Made by a program: the position numbers and the translations under genes. DNA of 64,000 bases from Ascoidea asiatica JCM 7603 (lineage: Eukaryota > Fungi > Ascomycota), in assembly GCA_001600695.1 (NCBI GenBank), contig BCKQ01000001.1, forward strand, positions 119,325 to 183,324. Direction: 5' to 3'. Under the pieces are notes generated by a model. It was given only the letters and a program-made list of their open reading frames with translations, made no database searches and was not told where the DNA came from. Numbering within the stretch: position 1 is the first letter of the stretch; each line of letters starts with the position of its first letter. Below are positions 57,907 through 64,000 of the stretch, piece after piece.

Positions 57907-60458
57907 TTTGTTTTAATAATTTAATAAGTTAATTGAGATTAAAGAGAAATAAATAAACTAGAAGTTTATGAGTTTTGGATTTAAAAGATTTGTTTAAAAA
58001 GTAAGGAAAGACTATTGAATAAATTGCTTTTTGCAAAATATTTGATTTATTATAATAATTTATAATAATATAATAAGTATAATTAAGTAAGTTTGATTAA
58101 TTAATTGATAATAATGAAGGAAAAGAGAAACATTTTTGAAAATTTAATTGAGGATTCTGTCTTCTTATATATAATTTTTTGATATGAAAGGATGAACTTC
58201 TTTTTCTTCGGATTTAACCAAAATAAATAATTTCAAAACGGAAATATAGAATTGAATAAAATTGAATAAGATTTAAAATAGTAAACTTGTAATATTTGAA
58301 AATTTTACTGCAAATTAAAGCACCATTAATTGTTATTTCTTTGTATTATCTTGGGCCCTGAGACTTTATTACAATACCAAAATATTTGAATTAAAATTCT
58401 AGGATAATATTTGTTATTGGTTATACAACCGAGATTCTCATTTAGATTAATATCCATGCTGATTGTTAATGTACCGTTTATGAAATGCTAACAATATGTT
58501 TTATTATCGGTTAATAAAGATTTTCATAAGAAGATCTGATACAATAATGGAGGTAATTGTTTTAAGAGCATGCCCTTTCCAAAGTCGACTACTAAAAAAT
58601 CAACAAAAATCATGTAAATCCGAACAGTATGTGTATCAGAATCAGTTATTTTTCTTGGTAAAAATGAAAATCCTCTGTATTATCTCAAGATAATCTTGAA
58701 ATTGAATAAAATATTCCTTGTTGCTCGGGTGGATTAAAAAACAATATAAATCATTTTAAAAGCTGTTATGGTAATTTTTTTTGCAAGAAAATAATGAAAC
58801 ATTTGTGTGATATTTTTTGATTAAATTAACGCTTCATTGTCATAATCAACGCTTTATTGTAAAAATTTGAATATTCCTTGGGCGTAGCAAATGAAAAAAC
58901 TTTTGTTAAGTTTTAAATGACATTTTCTAAATTAAGGATGAATTAATAAAAGAGAATAATTCGCGGTGCATTTAAGCCACTGTGATGCGCAGGGAGACGC
59001 CGAAACGGCAAAACTGTATTAATACCTGCATATGTTTGAGCCTGAATGCATAATATGGTTGGATTCATTCCTAAATGAATATTTGCGAAAAGTTTTTGTT
59101 CCAATGTTTATCGGAGACTTTATTCATTATTATTCACTATGAAGCTGTGAATATGGGGATTTTCTAATGTCTTTAAAAAACTCCCTTTGAAATAAAAAAA
59201 ATCGTCAATACTGAAGAATAAAATAATTGAACTAAAAATTATTTCTGTTTTTATTTTAAATGGCCTTTTTGTAGTTTTAAAGATCAATTTTGTAAAGGAT
59301 TGTTTTTTAAAAACAGCTTTATGACTGATTTGTTCTAGTCAGGGGTGCTATTAGGAGAAATTTCAAAGAAATTACACTAACATCCTTTTTTTTTTTGATC
59401 ATTGTAGCATAATAATTAAAACCGTCTTTAAAAAAATTTGATTTGAATACAGTAAGCATGATTTAAGAAAGTTGTTTGTAGATATTGAAGTTTTGAAATT
59501 GATACTCTGAGAAGAAGCTTTTTGAAAGAGTTTAATAATCTTCTACTATATCTACTCTTCAGCTTTCCTTTTCTTTTTGTCTTCAAGAGAAATAATCGTT
59601 TTTTTGATTTGAATTGTGATATTACTTTTTTTTTTTTTTGGGTTTTGACTAATTTGAATTATTCTTTAGCTAGGCAATTTGAGGAAAAATCTAAGTGATG
59701 AGATATTCCTATCTGGTAAGAGGTTTGGAAAATCCTATGCTTCTATCTTAAAATGGAAATTATTCAGAAACATACTCTCATAATTACACATAAGCATATG
59801 CTCCCAATAATGATAAATATAATTCCAGTAAAGTGCCAGAAAACCTTTCAAAATTCCTGTTAATATTATAAAGGAATTTGAAAATTACAATAGCATATAA
59901 AGAATGAGAGAAGATAAATAGAACCTTTTTCTTCTGATGGATTCAATGCTCATCGCATTAATGCAAAAACTAAAATTTCAATTATTAATTGAACGAAAAA
60001 AATGTCAAAATCTTTGAAATAATGAGTGCATATGTCTCAATAAAGTAATATTAAAATCACTTTCATTTGAACAATGTTATACTTGAAAAATAGGATTTAA
60101 CTACGAGCAAATATAACTTTTAGTGAAAATAAAATCCAAGCCTAAATATACAGAACGCAGTTTTTTGTAATCACTGCAAAGATCAAAACTAAGAGGAATA
60201 AAATATAAGACAAAAGAACGAGAAACAGATTTGAAATTAATCATCTGATATTGCCACATTTTTATAAATCAGCAATTAAGTTAGTAAATATTTTAAGTAA
60301 CCAATTGAATTTTTCAATATTGATAGTAATTTGATTCACACACATAATTAAATTCAGATTAAACTTCTAATAATCTTTTCACAATCACCAGAATTAGCCA
60401 CTACAACCATTAGAAAATGTTCAGTGATTTGTCATTTTTTACGTAAGCTAGCATAGCT

Positions 60459-60598
60459 AGGGCTTTTTAAATAAATAATTGTAGCCCTAATCTATATCTC
60501 GTGGCTAAGCACATGTTTTACTCTTTTCAAGGCAGTCTTTTAAAAAATGCGGTGCTCGCAATCAAATCGCTCAGACAAAGAGATGACCGACATGTGAC
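60459..60598. promoter_or_regulatory. RPL2 promoter: inverted AGGGCT-N18-AGCCCT (Tbf1-type) plus a Cbf1-type site
   Basis: CTAGGGCT at 60457, TAGCCCTAA at 60482 and CATGTGAC (RTCACRTG on the minus strand) at 60591. Confidence 0.6.
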
Positions 60599-60838
60599 AC
60601 AAGATTTTGGCTTTTGAGAAGGGCCTTTGACGGGTGCAAATGCTTTGTCTGGATGTTGGTTGTTGGGCACGAGCGCTTAGAATTTGGAAAATTCAATACT
60701 TTTCATCCTCCTTCACCAAATGCAGAATCTACATTCAATTAGTACATTGAAAGAGACTGAAATATAAGCAATAAAAAAATTATATCTAATATATTCCAAG
60801 GCTTTCAACCATAAACAAACACAGATAATAATATAGAA

Positions 60839-62176
60839 ATGGGTACGTCAAACATCAACTCCAGAAATTAAATTGGCAGTTATTGATTTTTAAAAAGATC
60901 TACTTTATCATTGAAAAATGGCTATTCAGAAAAGATGAAATGGTGAAAAAAATAATCTCCCGGTGAATTATCAAAAGGCAAGAATATATTGTTTAATAGG
61001 GATATGATCTTTCAAACTATTGATAAGGCCAAAAAAATGTAGAATAATTACTTCAAAATTGGTCATTATTTAATGGGTTCAGAATAATTCTAGTCTTAAA
61101 GTCCTTTAAAATTCCTTTTAATCCTTTTTAATAATCACTTTTTCTCTAAAGCTGAAAGCAAATAAAACATTTTTACAATATAAACTTCACCATTTCCAAT
61201 TTTCAAATAATCATGTTTGATATGAATTTTGTAAATTAATGGCAATCACAAAATCCAAATTTGTCTCAAAAATATAAAAAAATCAAAACTGTTAGACCTA
61301 ATTTAAAGAAAATTTTATTTATTGATTAGAATGATCTCTTTAATATATAATGATCCGTAACACTTTCAAATTTATTTAGAAAAAATTACTAACATATTTT
61401 ATTCATAAATTATAGGTCGTGTTATTAGAAATCAGAGAAAGGGTGCTGGATCTATCTTTGTATCCCATACAAGATTAAGAAAAGGTGCTGCCAAATTAAG
61501 AACTTTAGATTATGCTGAACGTCATGGTTACATCAGAGGTTTTGTTAAAACCATTATTCATGATCCTGGTCGTGGTGCACCATTAGCTGAAGTTGTATTC
61601 AGAGATCCATATAAATATAAATTAAGAAAAGAAACCTTCATTGCTAATGAAGGTATGTATACTGGACAATTTATTTATGCTGGTAAAAATGCTTCATTAC
61701 ATGTTGGTAATGTATTACCATTATCTGCTGTTCCAGAAGGTACTATTTTATCAAATGTTGAAGAACATGCTGGTGATAGAGGTGCTTTAGGTAGAACTTC
61801 CGGTGGTTATGTAACTGTTATTGGTCATAATCCAGATGAAGGTAAAACCAGAGTAAAATTACCATCTGGTGCTAAAAAAATTCTTTCTTCAAATGCAAGA
61901 GGTGTCATTGGTGTTGTAGCTGGTGGTGGTAGAGTTGATAAACCATTATTAAAAGCAGGTAATGCTTTCCATAAATATAAAGTTAAAAGAAATTCATGGC
62001 CAAAAACTAGAGGTGTAGCAATGAATCCAGTTGATCATCCTCATGGTGGTGGTAACCATCAACATATTGGTAAAGCTTCTACTATTTCTAGAGGTGCTGT
62101 TCCAGGTCAAAAAGCAGGTCTTATTGCTGCTAGAAGAACTGGTTTATTACGTGGTACTCAAAAAACTGCTGATTAG
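60839..62176 (+). CDS. RPL2: 60S ribosomal protein L2 (uL2); exons 60839-60842 and 61416-62176
   Basis: ATGG|GTACGT intron with TACTAAC at 61387-61393 and TAG acceptor. Product [16 protein letters not shown]...[15 protein letters not shown]. Confidence 0.97.
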
Positions 62177-62548
62177 ATTATTTAATTAATTATATATTAA
62201 CGAATCAATATCATCAATCCCTATAATATCTGTAAACAACTGTTTTTTTTTCTATATTTTATGATCATTTATGTGATTTATTTGTAGTTTATTTTAACTC
62301 AAAAATGTAAAGTTAAATATGTTATGTATATTTGATCAAACTTTGATTAATAATAAATATAATAAACATTAAAAATCTTAAACAATTCTAAAGGGATTAA
62401 CTGTAACTAATAACAATCATTTGATTTCCTTCATTGTAAAAGTGTTCTTAATTAGGACCATTAAAATTTTCATTGAGAACGTCCTTGAAGTGAATTATCT
62501 TAACATACAGATTTCAATGATAGTTAACAAAATGGGGTTCTGCTTTTT

Positions 62549-62890
62549 TTACGTTTCCAGCTCCAATGTATTTGATACCGATTCAAACCACCGTTTAGCG
62601 AACGATTCTGAAATATTCATAAAAAGATTCTCAAAAGAATCAAAAAATTCACACTCAACACTTTTAACATCTTTGTTTATATTATCATCTATGTTGAGGG
62701 CAGACCATCCCGAATCACTTAAAAAAACATTATAATTTTTTCCTTCGAAAGTTCTAACAAGAATCCAACTTTGAGAATCATTTAAGCTTTCATCCTTCAA
62801 GCAACTTGAATTGGAGTCTAATTCAAATCTTTCAAAAAATGATTTATATTCTTTGATAATTTGTTTCAATTCGGCTACCGTATTTAACAT
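62549..62890 (-). CDS. GSKIP/DUF727-like small protein
   Basis: The pattern ILVRTFEGKNYNVFLSDSGW...FDSFENLFMNISESFAKRWFESV fits the GSKIP domain. Confidence 0.65.
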   Translation of the reverse strand: MLNTVAELKQIIKEYKSFFERFELDSNSSCLKDESLNDSQSWILVRTFEGKNYNVFLSDSGWSALNIDDNINKDVKSVECEFFDSFENLFMNISESFAKRWFESVSNTLELET

Positions 62891-63706
62891 ATTTGATTGA
62901 TATCAATTTAACAGTTTAATATTGTTCAACCAAATTCTTATATAATTTTAAATTGAAGCTCAATTATACTTGTACTTTGACTGAATTGTATAAATCTAGA
63001 CCCTTCTGGGGAAATAACTAGTTATCTGTAATTTCTTTCACCGTTCAGTTGTTGAAGCATCGCAACCCAAAAAAAATCAAGGTAGTAAAATTATATTAAA
63101 ATTAAACAAATACAGGAAGTCAAAAAAAAAGAACTATTTTTTAATGAAGAAGTACTTCTTGTAAGGTTCATTTAACGAAAGAACAGTTTGTTAAGTTTTG
63201 CTAGGAATTTTAGTTCACAAAAGAATATAATCAAATACACCTTATTACTGTTTAAAGTAGTGGAAGTAAATATAACCAGGTAAAGTATTTGACCATACAA
63301 ATAGATTATTTGCTTTGAAACAGTTCAATAATAATGAACTTATAGACATGTTTGTATAGACATTTAAAGCAAAAGGTATCAAAATCTAGTAGATATTAAA
63401 AAGAAAAGATTGAAAAGCGTTGCAATTAGTTCAAAAAAAAAAAAATGGATAACGTAATTTTTACATCATTTGAAAATATTAAATAAATTAAATAAATTTA
63501 AAACTCAAAAGAAGAAAAAATTCAAGTTTTTTAACATTTTGGCTCCATATGATTTTTTTTTTCTTTTCTTATCTTAAAATTATTTTTGAAGAAAAAGATG
63601 GTATATGGGTTTTTAGTACGCTATTATATTTCAATGAATTATAGATTAATTGGATAATTGAATTAAATAGCTAGAAATTCAATTTTTCTGAAAATCCAAC
63701 TGAACC

Positions 63707-64000
63707 TAAAAATATTTAACAAAATATTACAATAATAAGAACTTTTACATATATATGCTTGAATGTAATTGAAAAAAATAATATTTGTTAAAAAAAAAAC
63801 TAAATTTTTGTAGATATCATTACCAAAAACTTTTTTAGAAAATTTGTAGTCTAAATTTGGAATTGAATTGAAAAGCTTGTGGGGAAAAAAAAAATAACTC
63901 AAGTCAGAGTATTTTCCATAATCAAACACGTTGATTATATTATAAACTTTTATTGATCGAATCTTGTATCTTTATTTAATAATCTAAATAAAAAGAAATG
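63707..64000 (-). repeat. Right copy of the inverted repeat, truncated by the window end; partner at 45406-45700
   Basis: Direct base-by-base comparison with the reverse complement. Confidence 0.95.

Overview
This is a very AT-rich eukaryotic window from a budding yeast (Saccharomycotina). The evidence is yeast-type introns (GTATGT/TACTAAC/TAG) and recognisable yeast orthologues; an Ascoidea-like lineage is a guess from composition only. It holds about 25 protein genes: a VBA-like MFS transporter, an MNN2-family mannosyltransferase, SEC16, an SPX-RING E3, LSP1, HAT1, a Cek1/Kss1 MAPK, UBX4, NTF2, DMA1/2, RPL8, BUL1, ULA1, an aldo-keto reductase, a Pga29/Rhd3-like wall protein, a fumarate reductase-cytochrome b5 fusion, DBR1, a two-RRM protein, QCR6, two AA9 LPMOs, RPL2, a GSKIP-like protein and several orphans. 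It also holds tRNA-Asp, U6 snRNA and two probable pseudogenes. Five spliced genes (NTF2, RPL8, the fumarate reductase, QCR6, RPL2) were missed or truncated by the ORF track and were rebuilt by hand. The most notable observations are: (1) a tandem pair of AA9 cellulose-type LPMOs, rare in budding yeasts, each ending in a conserved 43-aa six-cysteine module that is not CBM1; (2) a near-identical inverted repeat (45406-45700 and 63707-64000, running off the window) that brackets an ~18 kb segment containing both LPMOs; (3) a GC-rich orphan secreted protein with a toxin-like hydrophobic hairpin next to the left repeat copy; (4) a possibly split UBX4/TUG locus; (5) GC-rich promoter islands carrying readable Pho4-, Tbf1- and Ste12-type sites. 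All family assignments come from motif recognition by eye, not database searches.
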